Source: Eledone cirrhosa
Lineage: Eukaryota
Reading direction: 5' to 3'
DNA length: 64,000 nt
Assembly (NCBI GenBank): GCA_964016885.1
Contig: OZ024742.1
Location: 192,138,001-192,202,000 of the forward strand
Below the pieces are notes generated by a model. It saw nothing but the letters and a program-made list of their open reading frames with translations. It was not told the DNA's origin and did no database searches. Made by a program: the position numbers and the translations under genes. Below are positions 1 to 12,897 of this stretch, piece by piece. The stretch's first letter is position 1, and each line of letters starts with the position of its first letter.

Positions 1-145
1 CTTCAACCAATGAAATCCGCCCATCCCAATCCCCACCCTCTCCTACCACCAGATAAGGAAAGACATAAATACTACCATTTACTTGGACAGCCAGCTTCCT
101 GATGATTTCTCAGGAATGAAAAGGTTCTAGTCCTGTAGAAGCTCT
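1..145 (+). mobile_element. Penelope-like element LTR fragment (family 1) carrying a hammerhead motif
   Basis: Homologous to the minus-strand copy at about 8870-9020 (shared CAACCAATGA..CCCATCCCA.TCCCCACCCTCTCCTACCACC..ATAAATA..AGCCAG.TTCCTGATGATTTC). Ends in a (TA)n run. PLE assignment is inferred from the hammerhead plus LTR-like context. Confidence 0.6.
93..143 (+). ncRNA. Type I hammerhead ribozyme motif (probably slightly decayed)
   Basis: Stem I AGCTTC(93-98)/GAAGCT(138-143); core CTGATGA 99-105; stem II TTC-TCAG-GAA with U.U at its base; GAAA 118-121; stem III AGG/CCT; GTA cleavage triplet 135-137. C15.2 is missing in this copy. Confidence 0.65.
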
Positions 146-220
146 TATATATATATAAGGAAAAAAGATGAAATCGAAAATGCAACTGGAGTCTTTTTGT
201 TTTAAATATATATTTATTTG

Positions 221-262
221 GTTCCTTTACCGGTTTCGCAGTTCTTCTGCTTTTTAAAAGTA
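221..262 (-). ncRNA. Decayed hammerhead motif in a second PLE-LTR-like fragment
   Basis: Minus strand reads CTT-TTAAAAA-GCAG AAGAA CTGC-GAAA-CCGG-TA-AAG. Stem II and the palindromic stem III (ACCGGT) are intact; the CTGANGA box has 3 substitutions. Confidence 0.4.
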
Positions 263-462
263 GAATTGAGATGGAGGGTTTGTGGTTTTTCTTACATACA
301 TAGCAGATTTTTTAGAGTATTGGATATTCTTTCCGCGTCTCTTCATTCTGAGTTCAAATTCCACCAAATTACACTTTGCAACATTTCATCCTTTCGATGT
401 CGATAAAAAAAATACCGGCACAATGCTGGGACAACCCTCTCTTTCTCGCCCATCATTTTTTC

Positions 463-494
<32 letters not shown>

Positions 495-743
495 AGCTCT
501 AGATTCTTCCAGCAGTCACCTCCTTGATATTTCATCTTATCAAGTGAGAATGTCTGCTCGCCAGACTTGTATGCCAATAATGGTTTAAGTGTTGTAGTTA
601 TAATCCTATAATTTTGAGTAACTTGAATTATATAAAAAGACATACTCTTTAAAACCATATTTAGACACTTCCACAAACACACACTCACACACAGACATAC
701 ACACGCACTCACAGACACCCACATTCATATTCAACATTATGAT

Positions 744-929
744 GGATTGGCACTATCGGTAGAGGGTCGGACGCCATGCTTTGCAGCATAGAGTTACGGC
801 CCTTGCCATTCTGAGTTAAAATCCCGCCGAGGTTAACTTTGCCTTTCATCCTTACGAGGTTGATAAAATAAAGTACCAGTAATCCACTGTGCAATTGCCG
901 GCCTTGTGCCAAAAGTAGAAACAATTATT
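744..929 (+). mobile_element. tRNA-derived SINE, main family (short subfamily)
   Basis: A-box-like TGGCACTATCGG, B-box-like GAGTTAAAATCC, body CTTTGCCTTTCATCCTTACG..GATAAAATAAAGTACCAG, 3' end GCCTTGTGCCAAAAGTAGAAACAATTAT. About 12 related copies in the window. Confidence 0.9.
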
Positions 930-1052
930 TTAAGAAAGCCATTCAAATGCTAGGTAGATATAAAAGAGTGGAAACCGGAGTAATGAAGTAAGACAAAATA
1001 AAACACCCGTTAACGCTACTTTATGCTTATGATATTTAGTGTTTAAATAGCA

Positions 1053-2219
1053 GGGATATGTGTAGCTAAACGTTGGGATATGTTTATCTAAGCGTCGGGA
1101 TATCTTTATCTAAACGTTGGGATATGTGTATCTAATTTTGGGGATATGTGTAGCTAAACGTTGGGATATGTTTATCTAAGCGTCGGGATATATTTAACTA
1201 AACGTTGGGATATGTGTATCTAATTTTTGGGATATGTGTATCTAATCGTTGGGATATGTTTATCTAAACGTTGGAATGTGTTTATCTAAACGTTGGAATG
1301 TGTTTATCTAAACGTTGGAAGTGTTTATCTAAATGTTGGAATGTGTTTATCTAAACGTTGGAATGTGTTTATCTAAATGTTGGAATGTGTTTATCTAAAC
1401 GTTGGAATGTATTTATCTAAACGTTGGAATGTGTTTATCTAAACGTTGGAATGTGTTTATCTAAACGTTGGGCGTGTTTATCTAAACGTTGGGATATGTG
1501 CATCTAAACATTGGGATATGTTTATCTAAGCGTCGGGATATGTTTATCTAAACATTGGGATATGTGTTTATCTAAATGCTGGGATATGGGCATCTAAACG
1601 TTAGGATATGTGTATCTAAATGCTAGGATATGTTTTTCTATACGTTGGGATATGTGTATCTAAACGTTGAGATATTCGTATCTAGACGCTGTGTTGTGTG
1701 TATGTAATCATTGGGATATGTGTTCATCTAGACATTGGGATATGTTTATCTAATCGTTGGGATATGTTTATCTGAACGTTGCGATATGTTTATCTAAACA
1801 TTGGAATGTGTTTATCTAAACGTTGGAATGTGTTCATCTGAACGTTGGGATATGTGCATCTAAACGTTGAGATATTGTTATTTAAACGTTGAGATATTCG
1901 TATCTAGACGCTGGGTTGTGTGTATGTAATTGTTGTGATATGTGTATCTAAACGTTGGGATATCTTTATCTAATCGTTGGGATATGTTTATCTAAACGTT
2001 GGAATGTGTTCATCTGGATATGTTTATCTAATTTTTGAGATATGTATATCTAATCGTTGGGATATGTTTATCTAAACGTTGGAATGGGTTCATCTGAACG
2101 TTCAGATATGTTTATCTAGACGTTGGGATATGTTCATCTAAACGTTGGGATATGTTCATCTAAATGCTGGGATATGTTCATCTAAACGTTGGGGTATGTT
2201 TATCTAAACGTTGGGATGT
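1053..2219. repeat. 22-bp minisatellite (about 50 units)
   Basis: Head-to-tail units AAACGTTGGGATATGTTTATCT and variant AAACGTTGGAATGTGTTTATCT; no unique spacers. Confidence 0.95.
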
Positions 2220-4438
2220 GAACATGCCCCAGTAAAGACTTCCATAATAGAAACTGTCAAATCACAAAGGAATCTACGTCTCTCGTATCCTCGAAGAATT
2301 TCGTTTTCGGATTCCCGCATTACATATGGATTAGTTTTTGGTATTAATCCTATACCACCACCCCAGCAGTATTAGCAACAGTATTAACAGGAGCTGCATT
2401 AACAATGGTAGTGGTATTAGTTGATGTAGCAGTAGTAGCAGTAGCAGCAACAGTAGTAGTAATAGTAACAGTAGGAACATCTGTAGTAGTGGCATAGGTG
2501 CAAAAAACAAGGAGTTGGTACTAATAATTGACAAATATACTCGGACAGAGCTGGTTTCTTGAAACATTCCAACCAGGCCCACATGTATCACATGAATCAT
2601 CTCCCTCTCTCATCTTTTCACCTAATTGTGAAAGGGTATTTACTAACAACTCTGCCGAATCCTTTCTTATCGAAATGTCATCATTGTGGAATTCCTTCCA
2701 TGTCAATGTTTCTCCATCAGTTGTTCAAATGAAACCATCAACCACGTTAATCACGCCTATATTGGAGGATCTGCGTATTCACAAGTTACAATCCCTTTCT
2801 GATAGATCTATCAACCACATTCTGCACATCAAAATATCAACCCCATCGCTTACCAGTCTATGCGTATCGGTGTTGACCAAGAACACAGTCGCTTAATCGA
2901 AGCCCAAGAACTACATCATTCACTTTGGTCTCCGAACAGCTGTGTAGGGCAAAGGTACAGCTCCTTTTCCCAAACCAAACCGCTACATCATTCATACTGG
3001 TCTCAGAAGGGATGTGAGGGTCAATGGCACAGCATATAATGTAAGATGTTCTAACTATAAATATCATGTCGTTTTAAATTTCACGATTACATTGTCGTGT
3101 ATATTTCCTTTTCAATATAGTAATGTGTTGTAGTTTTTTTTTTTTTTTTTGGGGGGGGGGGGGGGCGATGTGTCTGATATTTCTTACCCTTCCAGCGACC
3201 TCTTAGACATCCTGCCTTCCCATTGCTTAGCATCCTAACAATTTTCATAGAAGAGATATTGCAGCTGGCTGATATTGATTGCACAGAGATATAGACTTTA
3301 GCTGTGAGCGTTGTCTGAACTTATGATTGCTAACTGTGTTGACGCAATAAATCTGGGCTGGCTTAAATAAATATCTAAATAAATATCAGTAAATAGGTAA
3401 ATAAATATAAATAGATAACTAGATCTGTAAATGTCGATTAGACATAGAGCAGAGGCAGAGACAGCAGATTATTACAGATTGAAGTAATACATCAATGTTG
3501 GTAGAGAATATAGCTTTTAGTATTATGGATATTGGTATTGCTATTGATTTTGTTCATATCGATATTGGTGATGGCTATTTTTTTATGGTGGCGTTTGTGT
3601 TGGTACTAATACTGGTGAGGATGTCGATGTTGATGGTGATCGTGATGATGTAAGTGTTGGTCAGGATGTTGATGCTGTTTATAATGTTGATGTTACTACT
3701 GATCATATTGGTTTTGATGTTCGTGCTTCTGATGATGTTGTTGTTGGTGTTGTCGTTGTTGTTGGTGTTGATGATGGTATCGATGGTGTTGGGATGGTGA
3801 TGGTGTTTGTGTCGGTGCTGTTCATTTTGAGGTGTTTTTTATTTTAAATATCTATAAAATCTGTAAATAAATTTAATAACCACCGACAGAAAGGAACAGG
3901 AATAGAAGGAAATAAAGAATTCATATGAGGAAAACGAATGAATCCCAGGAAGAAAAAAAATGAAAGAAAGCGTAAATGAATGAAACAGAAGGGGGAGTGA
4001 ATACATGAAGGAAAAGGAATGAGAAACGAATACAAAATTGGAAAAGGAAGGAGGAATGAATACATGAATGAGAATGGAAGGAGAAATGAATAAATGAATG
4101 AAAAGGCAAGGTGAAATGAAGACAAAATGGAAAAGAATGAAGGAATGAACGGCATGTAAAAGAAAGAACCACAAAGAAAAGATTTTAGAAAGGAATGAAT
4201 AAAAAAAAACGATTAAAAAGGAACAGCCAAAAAGAAGGCGGATTTTTTATTCATTAATTACTTGAAAATATTTGAATGGATTCTTTCCTGGGTATATTTA
4301 ATTTTGATTAATTAAAGGGTTTTTTTAATATAAATAATACAAATATAATTTAAACGAAACAAAAAATATATACATTTATCCGCTTTGATAAAATACATAT
4401 AGTTTATATATTAATGGAATCAGAGGGGTTTTATATAT

Positions 4439-4550
<112 letters not shown>

Positions 4551-5233
4551 AAATGAGATTTTTTTAATAAAAAAAAACGAGATGTCCTACACGAGTGAAA
4601 GTCTAAGCAAAAGAAATCGAAATCGATTTATTTTTCCCTATATATATATATATATAGGGAAAATAAATCGATGTGTGTGTGGGGGGGATAACAAGTTATC
4701 GTGTTAGGTAATCCAGTTAGAGGTAGTGAGTACTCTGTACTATGGATAGTTTTAACGTACGGCGTAGTTTGACTCAACAAGAGGTTTCCTTCGTTAGGTA
4801 GCGAGTTTGCGAGAATTCTCATGCAGGTTATTCTTGGACTAATAGTAGGGAAAGAGTGAAGAATAACATGGTCGAATGTACAGTATTTCGATGATTTGAT
4901 CAGAGACACCCTGTATTTGAGGTCGAGTGACGCAATTTCGAGCGATCAGCTGCCTTTAGAGTGACCTTATTAATGAAACGATTGTTAATTCTGTAAATAA
5001 AACACTTTTTGTACAGCCAACCATGTACTACTATGCACTCACAGACAAGCATACACAGATGCGCACATACGCACATATATATATTACGTAGCTTGCTCGA
5101 CGATCATATTGCTCTAGACTAGTTTTTCGAATATACCACATATTTTAACCCTTGCCTTTAATCGTTGACTCTGTTGTGCCTAAAAGTTAAGCAGACACTT
5201 ATATCTAATTTGAATACACACACACACACACAG

Positions 5234-5330
<97 letters not shown>

Positions 5331-5743
5331 TATATACATATATAGGCGGTTGATCTGATGTAAGTTCTGTTTGTGAGTTCGGTGGTGACATTGCACTTGT
5401 ACACAAGGTTCCGTTACCGGCATTTGTTGTTTAATTGACAGTTGTTTTGATCCGTGCAATGACATGGCCTGGTTTGCTTCTCACTGAAATCTGAATGGAA
5501 TCTTTTAGAGTTATGTTTGGCAGTGGTGGAGGACGCAATGATTTCTCCGAAGCTGGGTGCCGTGCTAAATATCTCTATATCTATATATAAGCATATTCTT
5601 CAGGGTACCGCTCAATATGCCAACGGAAGCGATAAATTAGTTCAGTCATGAACGTAAACATACGTACAGAAATTACCATTGTGAGTTTATTTATTTAGTG
5701 AATCTGTATAGATGTAGTAAATATAATATCATATATATATATA

Positions 5744-5947
5744 TATAGGAAAAAGTTTACCCGGCGGCAGAGCTCAAGCCGTTTCGACGGCTATTTCTGG
5801 ACTATTTAGTCCAGAAATAGCCGTCGAAACGGCTTGAGCTCTGTTGTCGGGGTTAAACTTTTTCCTATAACCCACTCTACTACCCTAAGTATTGAGTACT
5901 CTGGTGCGTTATGGTCCATCTGGTTCCTTACCACACACCTTCGTTAT
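5744..5947 (+). mobile_element. PLE-LTR-like fragment (family 3) with a ~125-bp fold-back palindrome
   Basis: 5744-5804 and 5807-5868 are near-perfect inverted arms. Contains the hammerhead 3' half GAAACGGC..GTC. Related copies at 22251-22380 and 27751-27901. Confidence 0.65.
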
Positions 5948-5972
5948 ATATATATATATATACATATATATA

Positions 5973-6581
5973 TGTCAGGTCACCAGTTGGTGCTACTGGT
6001 AACATGTATCCCAGTACAACCTGTCTCATGGTCGGGTCGTTGGCGACTAAACTGGCAATCCCACCAAGGTTTCTTGGTGAGGAGGGTGACTTTGGACATC
6101 CTGCGGGACTAAAAACAAAACCTGTCAAAGGGCAAAGGAGCTCTTAAGAGTCAATGGCCATCCAAAATCACCGGGAGAGATGACCCCTTAGCCTTTGTCA
6201 AGGCAGAATTCTAGGAGAAGGAAAACTCTGATATAACACCTGCAACTCTGATGGTATCCAATGATGTTGACTTGTTCTTCTTTTTGGTAAATATCATCTT
6301 GGTTAAGAGAGTGGGACTGGCTTTGTGCAGTGCCTTTACTCACTATAAAAGCTTCACGGCACAGGCATTGCTTTATATCTGGAGATCTCTCTGCACTTGT
6401 CGTCACATGGTAACATGGGCCCAGCACTGTGTCAATGATTGTCACAAGTGTAGTGTTTGTACCGGAGTTTTCAAGTCGCTGGCTGGACTAAAAAGTCACA
6501 CTTGTTTAGCGCATCGGTAGGGGTTCTCCTACATGGATATAAAGTAGTGGCCGTACTCGAAAACGAGTTGGCAGCCACCAT
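5973..6581 (+). mobile_element. RTE-like non-autonomous retroelement, type A (apparently full length)
   Basis: Near-identical inverted copy at 10374-10948. The 3' part encodes HKCSVCTGVFKSLAGLKSH, a C2H2-like motif seen at RTE ORF C-termini. 3' hairpin CTCGAAAACGAG is followed by a microsatellite tail. Confidence 0.75.
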
Positions 6582-6622
6582 ATATATATGTATGTATATA
6601 TGTATGTATGTATGTATGTGTG

Positions 6623-6656
<34 letters not shown>

Positions 6657-6796
6657 TGTATGTATGTATGTATGTATGTATGTATGTATGTATGTATGTA
6701 TGTATGTTTGTATGTATGTATGTATGTATGTATGTATGTATGTATGTATGTATATATATGTGTATGTATATATATATATATGTATGTATGTATGTG

Positions 6797-6832
<36 letters not shown>

Positions 6833-7210
6833 TATGTATGTATGTATATATGTATGTATATGTATGTATGTATGTGTATATGTATATATGTATGTATGTA
6901 TGTATATGTATGTATGTATATGTGTATGTATATGTATGTATGTATGTATGTATGTATATGTATGTGTGTATGTGTATGTATGTATGTATATGTATGTATG
7001 TATCTGTATGTATGTATATGTATGTATCTGTATGTATGTATGTATATGTATGTATATGTATGTATGTATGTATATGTATGTATGTATGTATATGTATGTA
7101 TATATGTATGTATATGTGTATATATATATGTATATATGTATGTATGTGTGTATATGTATATGTATGTATATGTGTATATGTGTATGTATATGTATATGTA
7201 TGTATATATG

Positions 7211-7242
<32 letters not shown>

Positions 7243-7942
7243 TGTATGTATGTATGTGTATGTATATGTGTATATGTATGTATGTATATGTATATATGTA
7301 TGTATGTGTGTATATGTATATATATATGTATGTGTATATGTATATATATGTGTATATGTGTATGTATATGTATATGTATATATATGTGTATATGTATGTG
7401 TATATATATATGTATGTGTATATGTATGTATATATGTATGTATGTGTGTGTGTATATATGTATATATGTATGTATGTATATGTGTATGTATGTGTATGTG
7501 TATGTATGTATGTGTGTATGTATATATGTATGTATGTGTGTATGTATGTATATATGTATGTATATATGTATGTATGTATGTATATATGTGTGTATGTATA
7601 TGTGTATGTATATGTGTATATATATATGTATGTATATGTGTATGTGTATATGTATGTATATATGTATATGTATATGTATGTATATATGTATATATATATG
7701 TATGTATATATGTATATATATATGTATGTATATATGTATATATATATGTATGTATATATGTATGTATGTATGTATATATGTATGTATATATGTATGTATA
7801 TGTGTATGTATATATGTATGTATGTGTGTATGTATGTATGTATGTATGTATGTATATGTGTATGTATATGTGTATGTATATATGTATGTATGTGTGTATG
7901 TATATGTGTATGTATGTGTGTATATATGTATGTATGTATATG

Positions 7943-7976
<34 letters not shown>

Positions 7977-8086
7977 TGTGTGTATATATATATGTATATG
8001 TATATGTATATATATATGTATGTGTATATGTATATATATATGTATGTGTGTATGTATGTATGTGTGTATGTATGTATGTATGTATG

Positions 8087-8120
<34 letters not shown>

Positions 8121-8506
8121 TATATGTATATATGTATGTATGTGTATGTGTATGTATGTGTATGTGTATATATGTATGTATATGTATATGTATGTATATG
8201 TGTATGTATGTGTATATGTATGTATATATGTATTTATATGTGTATGTATGTATGTATGTATGTATGTGTATATGTGTATGTATGTATATGTATGTATATG
8301 TGTATGTATATGTATGTGTGTATGTATATATGTGTGTATGTGTATATATGTATGTATATGTGTATGTATATATATATATGTATGTATGTGTGTATATGTA
8401 TGTATATGTGTATATGTATGTATGTATATGTGTATGTATGTGTATATGTGTATGTATGTGTGTATGTATATATATATATGTATGTATATGTGTATGTATA
8501 TGTATG

Positions 8507-8540
<34 letters not shown>

Positions 8541-8544
8541 TATG
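6582..8544. repeat. ~2-kb compound (TATG)n/(TA)n/(TG)n microsatellite
   Basis: Directly visible. It produces the 660-750 aa artefactual ORFs. Confidence 0.98.
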
Positions 8545-8725
8545 TGTCGTCACATGGTACCAAGGGCCCAGCACTGTGTGTCAATCATTGTCACAAGTGT
8601 AGTGTTTGTACCAGAGTTTTCATGTCGCTGGCTGGACTGAGAAGTCACTCGTTCAGCGCATCGGTAGGGGTTCTCCTACATGGATATAAAGTAGTGGCCG
8701 TACTCGAAAACGAGTTGGCAGCCAT

Positions 8726-8728
<3 letters not shown>
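8545..8728 (+). mobile_element. RTE-like non-autonomous element type A, 5'-truncated copy
   Basis: Matches 6398-6581 and has the same 3' end GGCCGTACTCGAAAACGAGTTGGCAGCCA.CAT followed by (TA)n. Confidence 0.8.
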
Positions 8729-8789
<61 letters not shown>

Positions 8790-8791
<2 letters not shown>

Positions 8792-9350
8792 TAAGTTATT
8801 CCGGGTTGAATCGGAGGTAACCACAGTAAGTAAGGTACTCAATACATAGCAGAGTATAAAAGTTTTAATATAGATGAGATTCTACAGGACTAGAACTGTT
8901 TCATTCTTTAGAAATCATCAGGAATCTGGCTTCCCAAAAATAAATGTAGTGGTATTTATATCGTTTCAGGTGGTAGGAGAGGGTGGGGAGTGGGATGGGT
9001 GGAGGTCATTGGTTGAAAGAAAAGGAAATTCATTAAAAGCTAATTCTTTAAAGCTATAGTTTATATTTAGAGTGACAACGGCAGAAAGGATTCTATAAAC
9101 AAGTTCAGAATGGGGTGCCACTCCTTATTTTTAAGTTTCTGTTAAGCTAACAATGCCTATATTTCAGGTGTCTATAAGGTGGTTGTGGGTCGGTCATGGT
9201 TGATGGATTTAAAGAAAAGGGAAATTCTTTAAAAGCTAATTCTTTAAAGCTCTACTTAGAGTGACAAAGGCTTAGACTATAAACCAGTTCAAAATATTGG
9301 GTGTCTATCAGTATTGTCATATTTCTCTTAAGCTATATTCCAGGTGTCAA
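8790..9350 (-). mobile_element. Penelope-like element LTR fragment (family 1)
   Basis: Homologous to 1-145; carries the hammerhead at 8877-8927; contains an internal ~190-bp tandem duplication (about 8995-9175 versus 9180-9350). Confidence 0.6.
8877..8927 (-). ncRNA. Type I hammerhead ribozyme motif
   Basis: Minus strand: AGATTC-CTGATGA-T TTC TAAA GAA T-GAAA-CAG TTCTAGTC CTG-TA-GAATCT. Stem I is 6 bp, stem III is ACAG/CTGT, cleavage triplet GUA. The U.U at 10.1-11.1 is atypical. Confidence 0.7.
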
Positions 9351-9401
9351 CAGAAACATTCACACTCACACATTCTCACCCCAATATATATATATATATA
9401 G

Positions 9402-9507
9402 ATGAATAAAGTTAGTCCTTCATCAGTGATCTTCCAACCATCATTGATATTTCATCGCTTTAAAATGATGGTTGGAAGATCACTGATGAAGGACTAACTG
9501 TATTCAT
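9402..9507. repeat. Inverted repeat (44-bp arms, 18-bp spacer) of a dispersed repeat
   Basis: GTTAGTCCTTCATCAGTGATCTTCCAACCATCATT and its reverse complement. The same family occurs as direct repeats at 40756-40790 and 41025-41080. Confidence 0.85.
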
Positions 9508-9549
9508 ATGTAACCCATTAGCAACCCAGCAGCACGTTTTTCTCATATT

Positions 9550-9597
<48 letters not shown>

Positions 9598-9603
9598 CAT
9601 ATA

Positions 9604-9661
<58 letters not shown>

Positions 9662-9818
9662 CATATACATATATATATACACATACATACATACATACAG
9701 ACACACATATATATACACATATACACATAAATATATATATATACACATATATATATATACATACAACCATACATATACATATATATACACACACATGTAT
9801 ATACATATATATACATGC

Positions 9819-9890
<72 letters not shown>

Positions 9891-9891
<1 letters not shown>

Positions 9892-10162
9892 TGATGGCTG
9901 CTCCTCGTTATCGAGTATGACCATTGCACGATATACCATAATTATTAATTAATTCTATCGTGCAATGCCTGTGCGTGAAGATATGTTTTAAAGTGAGGAA
10001 AGACTGTGCACTGAGCCAATCCCACTCTATGAGCGACAGTCGCTATAACCCGAAGAGAAGAAAAGATCAACAACATCGGTAACTACTGAGCCGCAGGTTT
10101 TATATCGGAGTTATCCCAGTTTCCTGAGTTACCTGACAAAGGCTAGGGGTCCTTCACTCCCA
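9891..10162 (-). mobile_element. RTE-like non-autonomous element, type B
   Basis: Minus-strand 3' end GGTCATACTCGATAACGAGGAGCAGCCATCAT resembles the type A end; second copy at 11494-11777. Confidence 0.7.
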
Positions 10163-10208
10163 TATACATACGTACATACATACATACATACATACATACA
10201 TACATACA

Positions 10209-10240
<32 letters not shown>

Positions 10241-10373
10241 CACACATACATATATACATACATAAACACATACATACATGTACATACATACATACATATA
10301 TATACATACATATTTACATACATATACATATACATACACATATGCATACATACATATATACATACATATATAT

Positions 10374-10948
10374 ATGGTGGCTGCCAACTCGTTTTCGAGT
10401 ACGGCCACTACTTTATATCCATGTAGGAGAACCCCTACCGATGCGCTGAACGACTTGACAATTATTGACACACAGTGCTGGGCCCATGGTACCATGTGAT
10501 GACAAGTGCAGAGAGATCTCCAGATATAAAGCAATTCCTGTGCCGTGAAGCTTTTATAGTGAGCAAAGGCACGGCACAAAGCCAGTCCCACTCTCTTAAC
10601 CAAGATGATATTTACCAAAAATAAGAACAAGTCAACATCATTGGATACCATCAGAGTTGCAGGTCTTATATCAGAGTTTTCCTTCTCTTAGAATTCTGCC
10701 TTTACGAAGGCTAAGGGGTCATCTCTCCCGGTGATTTTGGACGGCCATTGACTCTTAAGAGCTCCATTGCCCTTAGACAGGTTTTGTTTATAGTCCTGCA
10801 GGATGTCCAAAGTCACCCTCCTCACCAAGCTACCTTGGTAGGGTTGCCAGTTTAGTCGCCAACGACCCGACCATAGGACAGGTTGTACTGGGATACATGT
10901 TACCAGTAGCACCAACTGGTGACCTGACATAAACAGGTGACCTGACAT
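10374..10948 (-). mobile_element. RTE-like non-autonomous element type A, inverted copy
   Basis: Reverse complement of 5973-6581 with an internal deletion of the zinc-finger-like segment. Confidence 0.8.
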
Positions 10949-11183
10949 ATACACACATACATACACATATACATACATATATATACACATATATATATAT
11001 ACATACATACACATATACATATACACATATATACAAACATATACAAACACATCTACATACACATATATACACATATATACATATATATACACACATATAT
11101 ATACACATATACAAAATACATAAACACATACAAATATATATACACATATACATATATATATATATATATATACGTATACACAT

Positions 11184-11236
<53 letters not shown>

Positions 11237-11269
11237 CACATATATATATATACACACGCACACATACGC

Positions 11270-11355
<86 letters not shown>

Positions 11356-11493
11356 ACACATATATATATATACATACACACACATATATATATACATATA
11401 TACATACATACACATACATAAATATACATACAAATATACATATATATATACACACATACATATATATATATATATATACATACATATATATAT

Positions 11494-11777
11494 ATGATGG
11501 CTGACCCCTCGTTATCGAGTATGGCCATTGACAATATACTATTGTTAATAATTATCAATTAATTATATCGTGCAATGCCTGTGCGTGAAGATATTTTTTA
11601 AAGTGAGGAAAGACTGTGCACTGAGCCAATCCCACTCAGTAGCTATAACCACTAGCTATGACCCGAAAAGAAGAAAAGATCAACATCATCGGTAACTACT
11701 GAGCCGCAGGTTTTATATCGGAGTTATCCCAGTTTCCTGAGTTGCCTTCTCCTAGAAGAATGCTCTGACAAAGGCTA
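11494..11777 (-). mobile_element. RTE-like non-autonomous element, type B
   Basis: Close match to 9891-10150; shares TAGCCTTTGTCA..TTCTAGGAGAAGG with type A. Confidence 0.7.
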
Positions 11778-11788
11778 TATAAATATAC

Positions 11789-11855
<67 letters not shown>

Positions 11856-11868
11856 TATACAGACATAT

Positions 11869-11949
<81 letters not shown>

Positions 11950-11964
11950 TATACACACATATAC

Positions 11965-12035
<71 letters not shown>

Positions 12036-12111
12036 CATAAACACACATACACATACACACATATACACATATACATACATACACACATACAAAACATACA
12101 TATATACACAT

Positions 12112-12243
<132 letters not shown>

Positions 12244-12360
12244 AAATATGATAATAATGGAGCTGCGGCGTTGCAAAATATATATATATATATATATATA
12301 AGTGGTTACACAACAGTTAGTTCACCATACCGAGAACAATTGTTTCACCTTCGCGGATCT

Positions 12361-12409
<49 letters not shown>

Positions 12410-12864
12410 TTATTATATTATATTATATTATTATATTATATGTGTATGTGTTTTGGTATGTATATGTTTATGCTTAAACTAAATTGTATTTCATTTGTTT
12501 CGTTTCAGGTAAGTCAAATTGTACTCATTGCTAAGGAAATGTAAAAAGAACCTTAAAGTAAGTTTTATCATCGCATTATACACTTCCGCTTTCTCTCTCT
12601 ACTTTTTATTGACGTTCAGAGCCCGACTGACTTTCTCTGTCATTCATTTAGGAGTGTTTAACTAATGTCCTCTAATTTTACAGTATTCTGCTTTGTTTTA
12701 GTTCTTGTTTTAGCTGTATTTTCGCCCACTGTACCGATATATATATATATATACATACATTATATATATATATTTATATACAATGATTAAGGCCAGTTAA
12801 TATTGGTCTGCCTTTGAATATTTCAGCCGACCTTCTTATGTATATATATATATGTATATGTATA

Positions 12865-12897
<33 letters not shown>

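Noticed and set aside
1053-2219. Possible CRISPR array
   Set aside because: Units are contiguous with no unique spacers; eukaryotic context and no cas genes.
2521-3067. Higher-complexity stretch with 60-120 aa ORFs
   Set aside because: No recognisable domain or convincing splice boundaries; may be an old TE remnant.
4900-4916. GACACCCTGTA resembling a mariner-type terminus (TACAGGGTG)
   Set aside because: I found no matching opposite TIR nearby.
6457-8849. Long ORFs of 660-750 aa, and the many YI/CV/HT-rich ORFs across the window
   Set aside because: They are translations of TATG/TA/TG microsatellites, open in several frames and on both strands; no coding signal.
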